A stretch of 64,000 bases of DNA from Monocercomonoides exilis PA203 (taxonomy: Eukaryota; Protista; Preaxostyla): positions 992,001 through 1,056,000 of the forward strand of contig LSRY02000001.1 of NCBI GenBank assembly GCA_001643675.2, given 5' to 3'. The position numbers were made by a program, and so were the translations under genes. Under the pieces are notes generated by a model that saw nothing but the letters and a program-made list of their open reading frames with translations, was not told where the DNA came from and searched no databases. Positions 1-12,799 of the stretch are shown piece by piece. How positions within the stretch are numbered: the stretch's first letter is position 1; every line of letters starts with the position of its first letter.

Positions 1-1322
1 CTTCTTCTTCACGTTCTTCGCGTTCTTCTTCTCCTGATAAATCACAATCGCCTTCACACTCTCGTTCTCATTCTCGTTCTCGCTCTCATTCAAGAAATCG
101 CTCATCTTCTCCATCGGCCTCTTCATCGGCATCTCCTTCTGCTTCTGCAACCCGCAAGCATTCACACTCACACTCAGCCTCTTCAACCTCGTCTTCTCCT
201 TCTCCTTCTTCCCGTTCTAATTCTCGTTCTCAATCTCGTTCTCCTTCAGCTTCTTCCTCGTCTTCCTCTCCTTCTGCCAAATCAGCACACAATCAGAGAA
301 AATCAATGAAAAGGCGCTCAAAACGAGCATCACGTGGTTCATCTTCTGCTTCTGCTTCTGCTTCTTCTCGGCATTCTGCACATGCAAAACAAACAGCAGG
401 AACTCATACAAGACGTTCTTCTTCATCTCATTCTTCGCATTCTTCTCGTTCTCGTTCTCGTTCTCGTTCTCGCTCTGCTTCAACATCTTCTTCGTCTTCT
501 TCCACTCCTTCGCATTCATCTCCTTCTTCATCTCGATCTCGGTCTCGTTCTCGTTCTTCTTCTCGTTCTCATTCACGATCACATTCAAATGCTCCTTCAA
601 CAACACAAAAGAAAGACGAAAAGCAATCAACTGCACAGCCAACAACTCAAAAGGAGGAGAAAAATGCAAGTTCTGATTCATCAACAGCTGCTAATGAGAC
701 ATCTGAGGATAAGAAACAAGCAGCAAATTCACCTCGTTTATCTTCAGAATCTTCATCTTCATCTCTTTCATCATCGTCATCACCTTCTTCCTCTTCTTCT
801 TCTTCCTCCTCTTCTTCTTCTTCTTCTGTGACAGATTCACAATCCCATTCTCAATCACATCCTGATAATCAATCAGAGGAAAAACCTTCGGATTCTTCTT
901 CTTCCTCCTCATCAAAATCTTCTCCTTCAAACGCTTCTTCTTCAAAGTCTTCATCATCTCTTTTTCGCAAAACTCGTAATTCTCGTTCTCGTTTCCATTC
1001 GCCTTCGCATTCTCATTCGCGATCACCTTCTTCTTCTTCTTCTTCTTCTCGTTCTAGTTCTCCTTCTTCTTCTGATTCTGGCTCAGATTTAGAATCTTCT
1101 ACACAACACGAAGCAAAGAGTGAAAAGAAAGTGAAACATGGAAAAGAGAAAGAGGATGAGAAAGAGAAAGAGAAAAAAGAAGAGAAAGAAGAAGAGAAAG
1201 AAAGTGAAAGTGAAGATATTTTGAAAGATGAAGAGAATGTATTTAAAGAAGTTCATCCAAAAGAAGAGGATTCCGACTCAGATTCTGCTGATGCACATCT
1301 TCCGGCAAGAAAAAGAAGATAA
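1..1322 (+). CDS. Ser/Arg-rich low-complexity protein, 3' part (5' end outside window)
   Basis: The frame of ORF 306..1322 is already open from position 3. It contains RS dipeptide runs (SRSRSRS), poly-Ser and a charged C-terminus ending PARKRR (NLS-like), then TAA and AT-rich sequence. Confidence 0.75.
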   Translation, partial: SSSRSSRSSSPDKSQSPSHSRSHSRSRSHSRNRSSSPSASSSASPSASATRKHSHSHSASSTSSSPSPSSRSNSRSQSRSPSASSSSSSPSAKSAHNQRKSMKRRSKRASRGSSSASASASSRHSAHAKQTAGTHTRRSSSSHSSHSSRSRSRSRSRSASTSSSSSSTPSHSSPSSSRSRSRSRSSSRSHSRSHSNAPSTTQKKDEKQSTAQPTTQKEEKNASSDSSTAANETSEDKKQAANSPRLSSESSSSSLSSSSSPSSSSSSSSSSSSSSVTDSQSHSQSHPDNQSEEKPSDSSSSSSSKSSPSNASSSKSSSSLFRKTRNSRSRFHSPSHSHSRSPSSSSSSSRSSSPSSSDSGSDLESSTQHEAKSEKKVKHGKEKEDEKEKEKKEEKEEEKESESEDILKDEENVFKEVHPKEEDSDSDSADAHLPARKRR

Positions 1323-2396
1323 ATAAATTATAATGGGTTTTTATTTATTTATTTTATCAGTCATCTTTATTTTTGGAATTAATAAAAATACAACTTCAAA
1401 AATCAAATAGTTATTTTTTTTTTCCTTTTATTTAATGAAAAACTCTATAGAATATGAACAAAAGAAAGAAAATTGAATGGAAAGTTGTATAAAAAGCTTA
1501 TCTCACTTTGTGTAATTCTTGTTTTCCATATATTCTTCTTTCGTTCATTCCTGTTCAAAGCCGAAAGTCAATATTTGACAGTCAGTTGTCTCGAAGCATA
1601 AGTTTCTTAATTTGACACAAGTAAATAACCCATTGAAATCTTTATTTATTTCGTGCTATCTTTGAGATATTTTTGTTTCTTAATGTATTTTTAATATTTC
1701 TTTTTTTTAAAAAAAATACAAAAAATCTCTTCTTTTTGTGTTATAAACTCGTTTATTAAAAATGAGGATTAATCAAAAATTAATAAAAAGATTGATAACA
1801 TATAGACAAATAGGCAAAGAAGCAAGAAATAAGAAATAAGAAATAAAGAATGAGATGAAAAAAGTTGATTATTATAAGAAAAAGCAACAAAATCCTGTTA
1901 AAATTCAAAAAAGATAAAATAAAATAAATGAAAAGAGGGCAAATACAAGTAAATAAAAAAACAATATGAAAACAAAGAGGGATAAAGCCATGAAAAAAGG
2001 AGAAAAAATAAAGAACAAAATTAAGGTAACTGTTCGTTGTTCAATTTGTTTGTTGAAAGAATCCTGAAGAGAATGAATATTTTCATTAAGATTAACATAA
2101 GATGAATCTGACTAAACAAAAGGCAACGATACAAGAGGCAGCAATTTCATATGCAATTTTTTTCCTTTATTTTTATTTTATTTTTTTTAAGTTTTCCCCT
2201 TTTCCTTCTTTTTTTCCCTCTTCGTTCAGAAACTCTGTCTTTTCTTTATTATTTCACAATTGTTTGCTACGCGTCACATGGCTTTGTGTCTCTTCTTCTG
2301 TCAAACGCAAATATCTCTTTTTCCTTTCTCCTTTCCATTTTCCTCTTCGCTCTCCCTCTTCGTCCCCTCCTCCTCTTCTCTTCATATTCTCTTCCT

Positions 2397-3344
2397 TTAC
2401 TCTGGCGGTGCCATCACACTTGTTCCTTCCTTCGTCATCGATCCTGACTGCTCCGACAGATCCACATCGTCTGCAATTGGCACATACTTCACTCTTTCGC
2501 TCTTCCCTTTCAGCAGCTGCCACAGCACAAGCACGCTCAGCATCCCCGTCACAGCCACAAGCACCACACTCAACGCTATCCCGACCTGCCATGCACCAGT
2601 CTGGTATTTTCTTACTGGAATCTTCAGACACATGTCTTCGATACCGTTGTAGTAGTACCCAACCTCGCACTGCGCAAACACACACTGTGATGTATCGAAC
2701 TGCTGTGTGGTTGCATTGCACGGGTGGCCGTACACTTTGTGCGAGCGGCGGGGTGCTTTTGTTGCACATTCCGGAGACAGCTCCACCTCCCACTTGAAGC
2801 AGACATCGAAGTACTTCACCAGACGGCCCTGTGCAAGTGTCTTGAATCTTTTCGCGGTGAACTCGTCAGGCGTGGGGAAGTGAGACGCAACAGCATCAGG
2901 AGACACCCTCACAAACTCCAGCACATCCTTCGCGCCTTTCTCTTTGCCTTCTTTTTTCGTCTCTTCACTCACTTTCTTCCTCAACTCCCAGTTGTATGTG
3001 TATGGCTCCTCAAACGCCCACCGCATGCCCACTCCTTTCCTTACGAACTCAGCTGGGAGTGTGTCGAGCTTCGCTTTTGGATATGACACCTTCAGTGAAT
3101 GAATCCAGTCAGAGTCGTGATAAGAACCGAAGGGATATGTGCCCACAGAATATTTGGAGAGATCGATATCTTCATTGGCTGAAAAAAATTTTTTTGTGGA
3201 TTGGAAGAAAACAAATGGAAAAATAAAAGGAAAAAAAGAAAATAAATATCCATTGCCAAAAGCAATCAAAAATCATTGAAAGCATCATCAAAAACGAAAA
3301 TATTTAAAATTTATCAAATATTTTTTTTCCATTATAAGTTGTTG

Positions 3345-3391
<47 letters not shown>

Positions 3392-5917
3392 AGATCATAT
3401 TCACACATTTTGAATTCTGGTGCTCCATGTCAATGGAACTGCCTGCAAATACAACTTTCCCCAAATGTCCTTCAACAACACGGTCCAACATCAGGGCGCA
3501 GCTTCCACCGCACAGCCCATCCTAATTACAGAAATAGACAGAAAGTTAGAAGATAGCAAAAGAAGAAGAAGAGGAAGAGGAAGAAGAAGAAGATAATGGT
3601 GATGATGAAAATGATAATGATTATGATAAAAATACATTCAGAAATCCAATAAATTAATATTTAAATGAATGAAAGCATCAAAAAAACAGGAAAAAAATCA
3701 AACAGTAACAAAGAGAAGATGCTGTGGATCGAATGTTCTGTGGTTGGGGTCTTCAAGAAGTGTCTCAAGATGCTCTTCTTCGTGTTCTTCTTCATCTGTT
3801 ATATCCAGCATGTATCTGTTATTATCATAAATGAAAAATAAAAAGAAAAAGAAAAAGAAAAATAAAATTTGGAAAATTACATTTTAAAAAAATGCATATA
3901 AAAGCATCAGAATTTTGAATGTTACAAAACAAAAATTATTTTTGGAATAATCTTTGAAGATTCATTTATTTTTTTTTTCTGTCAAAGCATAATTTCAAGT
4001 ATTTTTATAATCTCTCTCTCTCTCTCTCTCTCCTCTATTCATTCATTCATTCATTATCCCTCCAATCTTCAATCAATTAATCAACCAACCAACCAATAAG
4101 CCAACATACTTTGACGAGTAATCGTGTGTGAATGTGCTGTTGTCCTCCTTGCTGAATGTGCGTGTTCTGCCAGATGTGTACCAGGTGGTGGAGATGCTTT
4201 TGTCTGTCAGATATTGATACCTTGGAACCTGAGACAGGATTGCCTGTGACTCCAGCTGAGTGTAAATCTTGTTCTTTCGGACATCTAGACGAAAGAATCA
4301 AATCAAAAAGAAAGAAAGAATAGAATAGAAAAATGTCAATAAAAGATATTGAATAACAAATAATAACAATAAAAATTGAAGAATATTCGATTAAAATCTC
4401 AAAGAAAAAGACAACAGCGATCCCAAGGGGAAAGAAATAAACAAATAAAATAAAATAAAATAAAATCATTTTTATCATTCGCTCTCAAAAAAATTAACTT
4501 TTCCCTATCCAACTATTAAAAAAAAAAAAAAAAAAAAAAACATACCGACTTCAGGCATTAGAGGATACACGTTTCCAACAAGATACTGAAGTGTGTTCAT
4601 TGCGAGTGTCGGGTGCCCTCCGCTATTCGACCGCACATCCACAATCAAATAGTCAATAGCCCTTTCTCTCATCAAAGTATTGGCATATGTCATTTCCTCG
4701 GTAAATATGTCGTGTCCATGCTCTGATCTGTAGAATGCGCCAAGTCGCATAAACCCAATGTTCTTCTCCTGTTCTTTCACTTCGTAAAAAGAGAGAAACT
4801 GGCCTTTGAACAGCTCTTCCATCGTGTCTTCTTCTCCTTCGTTTTGCCCTTTGGCATCAGGAACTTCCAAATGCTTGAAGAAATTCGTGCCATCTGGAAT
4901 AAATGTTGTTTCCTCAACACTTTCGAATATTCTGCCCAAAACTGTGCTTTTCTTCTTCGTTTTCTCTCTTTTAACTTGGGCATTTTCTCGTTCAGCTGAA
5001 TTTGAAGAGCTCCCAACATTCAAAAGTGGGCACAGACTCTTAAAATCGGTGATGTTCTGTAGTGAAACACCGTACCATGGAATGGTCACGTCTGATTCTT
5101 CATCACCCTCTTTTTTCACAGTAACTTGAATTGTTGAGGTTGGAGGTATTGGAAGCCTTTCGAGTAATCTAACTGCAAAATCAATCTGAACAGCGCGTGT
5201 GAATCTAGACGCACTATTCCTTGAAATAAACAAATTATCGGTTGCCCATCGATTAATAGTCTCAAGGGCTCGTTCTGCTTGGGTGGGTTTTGAATCATCC
5301 AAAGATATGTAAAGAATTTCATAATTCGTTAAATTATCACCTCCGTGTTCTTGAAGATGTTGTTCTGTTACAAATTTGAAAGCTGCAGGAAGGGCAGTAA
5401 AATATATGTGAACGTCTGATCCGTCTTCAGACTCTTCAGCTTTAATTCCAAAAGGTAGCACAAAAGCAAAATTTCGCGAGCAAGGCTTTTGAAAAGCTAA
5501 CTGATTATCTCGCGATTTTCCAAATAAAGAAGCTATCTCCGAATAAAACGATTCAGCATCTGCATAATCATTATTATACAATTTATTTAGCTCGGCTTCC
5601 AGATCAAAGCTTTCATCTGCATATGGTTCATGTAATGACAACTCAGCATCTTTCATAGCGTGCATATCCAACATTTTTAGGATTGCATTAAGAGTGGCTT
5701 CTTTTTCTTTTTTTGTTTCATCAAGCTTTTAAATTTATACAAAAGCCAACATAAAATATCACCATCAAAATTAAAATCAATTTTAAAAAATATATACTTC
5801 AAATGATTTTAAACATTCTTTTAAAACTTGGTACTCAACTGCTGTTTTTGTAGTGAACTTGCAATCGCCATCATTGCAAACTGCCGAGAAAGAAAGCGCA
5901 AAAATGAATATGATCAT
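2397..5917 (-). CDS. Multi-exon type I membrane protein with a peptidase S41 (tail-specific protease/CPAF-like) domain
   Basis: Signal peptide MIIFIFALSFSAVC from ATG 5917. S41 motif YLIVDVRSNSGGH in exon ~4548-5725. Splicing joins FDPQHLLFVT|DGLCGGSCALML (acceptor TAG, exon starts 3521), matching the S41 LLTDGxCASTC motif. The last exon has a Cys-rich stalk, TM helix (WQVGIALSVVLVAVTGMLSVLVLW) and short tail. Internal exon ends are approximate. Confidence 0.75.
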
Positions 5918-6058
5918 TAATCCTTATTATACTTATTAGGATCAATTGATAAGAGAAATTCACAAATGTGGTCCATGATGATAAAAGAAATAAAAAAAGA
6001 CTAATTAATACGAAAACATAATGATTTCGACATAACCCATAAGAAATAAATTATGTGA
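5918..6058. promoter_or_regulatory. Putative bidirectional promoter (141 bp)
   Basis: Lies between divergent ATGs at 5917 (-) and 6059 (+). Confidence 0.5.
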
Positions 6059-9000
6059 ATGTCTTTGCCTTTAACCCGTTATAAAAGCACAGATGAAATA
6101 TTAAAGCAAATTGCAAAAACAAAAGAAAAAGTCAAAACTATTATACCAATTGAAAAGTACAGAATAGCTTCAAATAAAATCAAATTAAAGACTGACGTTT
6201 CGCAAAAGAAAAATGATTGGCTCTCTGATTTTCGTTCAACAGCAAAGGAAATGTGTATTTTAAGCATTGCTTTCTATAATTTTTTGTATAACTTTGATAG
6301 TTTAGTGTTCAACTTAAGCGACAAATTCACAATCAAGAAAAAATTATGTCAACAATTTTTCAAGACGAATCGATAAATTATACGAGCGTCTCCAATATGT
6401 GCGCGGATTTGTTAGCCTCATTAGAAAATCTTCAAAATCCGAATTCGGATGAAGGTTCCACAAGCTTTTTGTGCTCTGATTCAAAAGAAAATCTTCTAAA
6501 AGAAGCGAAAGAGAGAGAAGTCTCATCCATTCAACCTCTTGGCTTCAAAGACATTTGGAATTTACTGCTTCAAGAATGTGAAGAAAATGAAGAACTATTT
6601 GTAAATGATACAAACAGTTTGCCTATTCTGATATGGATAGATATTTTTAAACTTTCACATCTTCATTCTGACTTATCGCGAAATTTCAATATCATAGGTC
6701 TGAAACAGGAACTAACAGAAATAAAAACAGATGTTTTTTCAATTGCATCTTTCAAAGGAATTGGCGAACGATCAGTTGAAGATTACGGAAAATCTGCATC
6801 AAGTCCTGTTTCTTCTGAAAAAACTCCCCAAGCATTTTCTGTAATATCTCCGCTCATTGCGCCTGTAGAAGAAAGAGTTCAAACATTTCGCGATCATCTT
6901 TCGTTCTCTCTCGCGGAAATATCGAAAGAAATCAATGCGGCGCAAAGCGATCTTGACAATGGCGTGTCGAAGATCGCATTTTCTGTAAAATCCGCTGATG
7001 AATTGGCGCTGTTGATAGAAGAGGAGTTTTCTGTGTTCAGCAAGCAGAATGCATTCAAAGCTGTTGGATGCGAAGAGAATGAAGGAGAAAAAGGGAGAGA
7101 CGAAGCCAGTTCTCACTCAGCTTCTTCTGCTTCTCTAATAACTCCTTCTTCAGCAAGATCAAAGATCCCTTCTACATTCACTAGAGCCTCCTCTGCTTCC
7201 TCCTCTGAAGCACCGCTCAAAAGGAAGATTGCATCACGCCCTTCACTTCAAAATCCTGTTTCATCATCGTCATCATCATCATCTTCTTCTTCTTCTTCTT
7301 CTTCTTCCATTTCTTCCACTTCATCTTCCACTTCATCTTCATCTGTCAAATCAATCAAATCAACCCTTCCCACATCATCTGTGAGACCGAAGCGCTCTTC
7401 TTCGGCTTCTCGTGCTTTGACCACACCTCACACGCAATTCAGTTCTCATGGCACAGCTTCATCTTCTCCATCTTCTTCTTCTGCTGCTGCTTCTTCTGCT
7501 TCTTCTTCTTCTTCTTCTACTTCTTCTTCTTCTTCTTCTTCGGCAAAATTACCATTAGCCAATCTCAGAGCATCAACTCCAAAGAAAACTTCCCAGCCAC
7601 TTTCAATCAGAAACAGTAAAATCGTCGCAGCCCCTAAGCCCAAGCCTAAAACAGTCAAAATATCCAATTCATCTGCAGCTTCTGGTACAACTTCATCTTC
7701 ATCTTCTCCTTCGTCCTCATCCTCATCTTCAGTGAAAATTACTCGTTCATTATCCACATCAAGAATTCCCTCTGCCAACAGAACAACACTCCATTCACCT
7801 TCAGTGCGGCAGCTGTCTCCCGGCCGTTCTGCTGAAGAGGAAGATGAAACAGAGCTGGTTGAGCAGATCAGCTGCCTATCGAATTTCAAACAAAGACTCA
7901 ACAGATTGCAGCAGTTCAAGCCGAAGTTCAGGTCATTGAGGTGTCTTCCATTGTCTGTTGGAGGGATGTGTGAGACAAAATGTTCGGAAGGTGCAGTAGA
8001 AGAAGAGGAAAAAAAAGAAGACAAAGAAGATAGAGAAGACAAAGAAGTGAAAAGCGAAGATGGATCAGTTGGAATTTCATCTGAAAGAGTAATGGAAGGA
8101 TCTTTTAGTACCACTTTAGCTAGTTCTGATGCTTCTTTTCCTTCTTCTTCTTCTTCTTCTTCTTCTTCTTCTTCTTCTTCTTCTTCTTCAACAGAGACAG
8201 CAGCGGAGGCAGCATCTGCGCAGTTTCAGCAGCGTATTCTGCATCTTCTGCGGTCATCTTCGATGAAAGGGAAGAAGAAGAGGGATGTGGCTGAGCGGCT
8301 GTTGTGGGAGATTGAGATGGAGGTGGAGGCAGAAGGAAAAGGAAAAGGAAAAGGAAATGCAAAAACAGAAGCAGAAGCAGGAGGAGAGGCACAGGATGAG
8401 CAAGCGAGAGAAGGGAAAGAAGGAAGCAGGTGGAAGGGAATGCTGGTTTCGGATGTGATGGTATGTGTATTTCTTTTGTGTTTGATTGATGGTTTTTCTC
8501 ATTTTGCTGCTATTTTTATTTATTTGTATTTTTAAAAAAAATGTGAATCTTTATCTTTTATTTATTTATTTATTTTCATTTTCATTTTCATTTTCCTTTT
8601 CCTTTTCATTTGATTTTAAACATTTTAATCCAACAACCACAAACAAACCCGTTTATTCCAACATCAACTTGTGTTCTGCCATTTCCAGTCATTTCTTGAA
8701 TGGCACGAGTCAGTTGCACGCCTTCACCAAATGATTGAGACACTGAACAGTAGAATCATATCAGATAAATTGAAGAGATTGCAGCAGGAAAAAAGTAGAA
8801 AATTGGTTTGGATGTTTTATTTGATGCTTTATATTAATAATAATAATAATAATATTTTTTATTATTATTGTTTTTCTTTTTTCTTTTCTTTTTTCTTTTT
8901 TCTTTTCTTTTTTCTTTTTTTTTCAAACAATTTTTCCTCTTCCTTTATCTTCATTGCAATTTATTCAATCTTAAAATATTCATTCATATTTGATAAATGA

Positions 9001-10570
9001 CAAATTCATGTAAATTTGTGTGATTGCGTGATTGTTGTGTTCTTTTGCCTTGGCAGACGCAACAAGAATTACTTCGCCAAAAAAGGGAGAAAGAGAAGGA
9101 GAAAGCAGAGTGGAAGAAAAAGAAGGAAGAAATCGAAAAATTGCTGAACGTTCAGAGAGAAATATTTGAAGCAAAAGAAGAAGAAAGGAGAAGAAGAGAA
9201 GAGGAAGAGGAAGAGGAAGAAAGGAGAAGAGAAGAAGAGAAGCGAATTGAAGAGAAAAAAGAAAGAGAAAGAAAGAAAGAGCAACTGGAGTTATATCATG
9301 ACCGTATGAAACTTGGAGATTTAATTTTGTTCAATATTTTTTTTGACAGAAATCTAAAGCACAATTTAAAAGAAGAGGATGATTTTTTTTTTCTTTTCTT
9401 GAAATCTTCCATTAAATTGATATTGATATTTATTAATTGATATTATTGATTATTTTTTAACTTAATTTGTTTTTTATTCTTATTCTGAATATTCGCTTAT
9501 TATAATGATGTTTATGTATATTTAACAAGAATTACGGCAAATGGAGGCGAATGCTGCTGTTGAGCTTGCCAGAAAAGCAGAGCAAGAGTTGGCAGAAAAA
9601 GTTATTCGAGACGAAGAAAACAGAAAAAGGGTGGAATTCAGAAGAAATGAATTTGAGAAAGCGAAGGTTTGTTGATATTGCAAAATATGTTCAAAAATAA
9701 AAGTGTTGAATGATTTTGTTGTTTAATTGCAAACTTTTCTTTTCAAACAAAAAACTTTATTTTTTTTTTTTTTTTTGAGCAGACTGCTATTGCTGAAAAG
9801 AAGAAAGAAATTGAAAAGAAAGAAATGGAAAAAGAAGAACGACTTGAAAAATTGAGAGAAAAAGTTAGGATCACTGCTGAAAGGTTTGAAATAAATGTTA
9901 ATTGGATTTGTGGATTATTGAAATATGTGCTAAAAAAATTGAAAATGAGTGAAATATTCAATTTATTTTTTTTTTTTATTGTATGTCTTCGATTTTGTAT
10001 ACTTTTCATTTTTATTCCCTGATCTATCGAATGTGTTTGTTTCAAATCTCCTCAATGGCCTTTCCTGATATAGTGATCCTGCTCGACTTCTTCAACCTAT
10101 TGAGTCCAGCCAGTATTCCAGTTCAGAATCCCCCGAGAGTGCTGATATGTTTGCCATACATGGCTACACCGATGAGGAAATGTTCAACGACCCCCGCTTT
10201 CAGATTCAGCATGCTTTGAGACTGAAACATCTGGATCAGACTCCATACGCACAAATGCTGATGAAGCAGGTGCAGCCAAAACGGTTTGTGAGTCGTGAAT
10301 GTGTTTGATTGATGAAAATGAATGAATAAGAAATTGAGACAAAAGATTTATTTTTTTTTTTTTGCTGAATTTTTGGATTGAAAAGAGTTGATTGTGCTTA
10401 TATCATCATTTATTTTAACTTTTATTCATTTATAAATTTCGTTTATTGTCAAATTTCCTATTTTAATCGAATATTTTAATTTTTCTAGCCCTCCGCGAAT
10501 AGATACGCTGACAACAGAGCAAAAGGATATCCAACTGAAGCAAAATGATAAAAATAATAATTTATTGTGA
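6059..10570 (+). CDS. Multi-exon coiled-coil protein, CCDC148/CCDC112-like
   Basis: The spliced C-terminus FAIHGYTDEEMFNDPRFQIQHALRLKHLDQTPYAQMLMKQVQPKR|PPRID resembles the conserved CCDC148 C-terminus. E/K/R-rich coiled-coil exons at ~9058-9305, 9530-9666 and 9783-9883; long Ser-rich internal exon to ~8460; stop TGA ends at 10570. Confidence 0.7.
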
Positions 10571-10670
10571 AATGTTTTTTTTATCATCCGTAGTCAAAAA
10601 TTATTTTTTCAGTTGACTTCGAACAGAAGCTTTAAATAATAAAGAAAAAATAAAGGAAATTATTTTTATA

Positions 10671-12799
10671 CAGTCTGTCCAAAAAAAAATGTAGATCATC
10701 CCTCAAAATTAAAAAAAGAGATATTCCCACAATCTCTGGCTGAAATTACGAGAAAAATACAATGCAAACAATTTCCTTTCTGGATGCGAGAACACCAAAC
10801 AAAAGGACGTTATTGAGCAGCCAAGTTCCAAATATATCAGAATACAGAGTTGAATACGTTGCAACGCATTTTTCACATCCTTTGGAAGAAATGATTCATG
10901 AAAATATTTGAATGAGAGCAGCTTTGAAAGAAAAGGAAGACAGAGAAAAAAAAATTGAACAATTCAGGCAGAATGACAGTGAGGTTGAAGGAAAATGCAA
11001 AAGGCCATACACTCCAACAACTGTCGAAAAAAGAAAAAAACTTACAGATTAATACAGAATTTATGGAAGAAGCAAGCCCGAAAACTGGTATGCGAATGAA
11101 TGCACCCTAACAAGCATCACCACCAGCAGATATTTACAAAAACTGCAGATTGGGATGGATATTATTCACAATGAAAAACAAAAAGGAAGAAAAAAATAGT
11201 GAACAATGACCGAAACAAGAATCTCATAAGACAAAAAATGAAGCAAAATTCATTAACCACCCTTCGAACAATATCACACGAGCATTCTTCAACTGGATTA
11301 CATATTTCAAAATCTACTGTGCACAATATGCTTCATGAAAAAAAACAATGATTCAGATTTATTCCCGATATTTTCTTTCAAGAGAATTACTATTAGGCCA
11401 GCATACGCAAACACCAATGAAAATAAGAAACAAAGAATTCATTTCATTGAAAAATTATTCCAATACGAGAAAGATGGTGCGCTAATTTTCTACATCGATG
11501 AGACGTCATGGAACGTCAGTTGCATCAGGAAATGCGGTTGGGCAGAAAGAGGAGAAAAAGTTTTGGTTCCTCCACCTCCACTATTTCAATCTATAACAGC
11601 AATAACATCCATATCCATGTTAGGAATGGGCTACACAGAAGTGATTTGAGGAACAGTCAACCATGAAGTGTTTTAGGCCTATATTAAGCGTTTTCTATTA
11701 TCCATTAAAAATTACAAATCGTCTGTGATCGTAATGGATAATGCAACAATCCATCTTCTTAACACGGAGAGTCTTACAAAAGAAGCTGGGCATGTCATGC
11801 TATTAAACGCTGCATATTCTCCAATTTTGAACCCAATCGAGAATATATTTGGCATTTGGAAGGCAAGAGTTGAATCAAATACGTTAAAGTGGGAAGGGGA
11901 GTCACACTTTTTCGCTGAAATGGCAAAAACCTTTGAAGAAATTTCTGCCAGAGAAGTCAGAAAAACCATCATGGATATCGAAACAAATATACGGACGCAG
12001 ATCATATCCTTGAAGGATCTGTGAAGCAAGTTTTCACTTTTAATTTTTTTCCACATTTCATAAGTTTTTTTTGTTTCAAATGTAACATTCGCTTTCTTAT
12101 TACAATGATTTTTTTTGAAACAAAAACAAAGTTGAAAAAACATATTCGTAACTTATGTATGCATTTGTTCGTTCATTATATTTTCAGCACTTCAATTCAC
12201 AAAACAAAAACAAATTTAAACAGAATGCCTTTTTGTTTTCTATTAAAAAATAAAAATAAAATCACATTATTCAATAGTTTTTCACAATTCGATTGAACGA
12301 GGTGAACATTGAAATGTTCAAAATAGTTTGATAAAAACAACAATTAACAATACGTCAACAACTATTCTTCAAGCATGCAAGATTGAAAAGAAATAAGTTG
12401 TTGCAACGTAAATCAAAAAAAAAAATGATGATGACAAATATGAAAAACAAACAAAAACTTTACAGCGTGTGAAGAAAAATAAAAGCACTTATCAAATTCT
12501 TCCACTTGTTTGTTGAACAAAGAGATGTGAACAAATAAACACTCTTCTTTTGAAAAGATAACTATTTGCTAAACAACTCATTATCAAAATGAAAACAAAT
12601 AAAAAAACAATATTCAAATTGCAAAAACAACACACCCTTGTGTCATTTTTGCTTCAGAGTTCATTTATTTATTGAAAATTCACAAATTTATGAAAAGAAA
12701 AAGATTCCACAAGCGATGTGGGGAATATCTCTTTTTTTAATTTTGAGGGATGATCAACATTTTTTCTGGACAGATCAACATTTTTTTTTGGACAGACTG
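10671..12799 (+). mobile_element. IS630/Tc1-mariner superfamily DNA transposon (defective)
   Basis: TA|CAGTCTGTCCAAAAAAAAATG..GATCATCCCTCAAAATTAAAAAAAGAGATATTCCC at 10671 has its inverse at ~12718-12799 (ending GGACAGACTG). Encloses a DDE_3-type transposase. Confidence 0.9.
10762..12024 (+). pseudogene. IS630/Tc1-like transposase pseudogene (DD33E spacing)
   Basis: Motifs IFYIDET, VMDNATIH and YSPILNPIENIF; several in-frame TAA/TGA/TAG codons and a frameshift. Confidence 0.9.

Noticed and set aside
3349-3390. Long poly-A runs (also 4518-4540, 33941-33978) as retroposon tails
   Set aside because: No TSD or element body is present; the first two are intronic poly-T on the coding strand.
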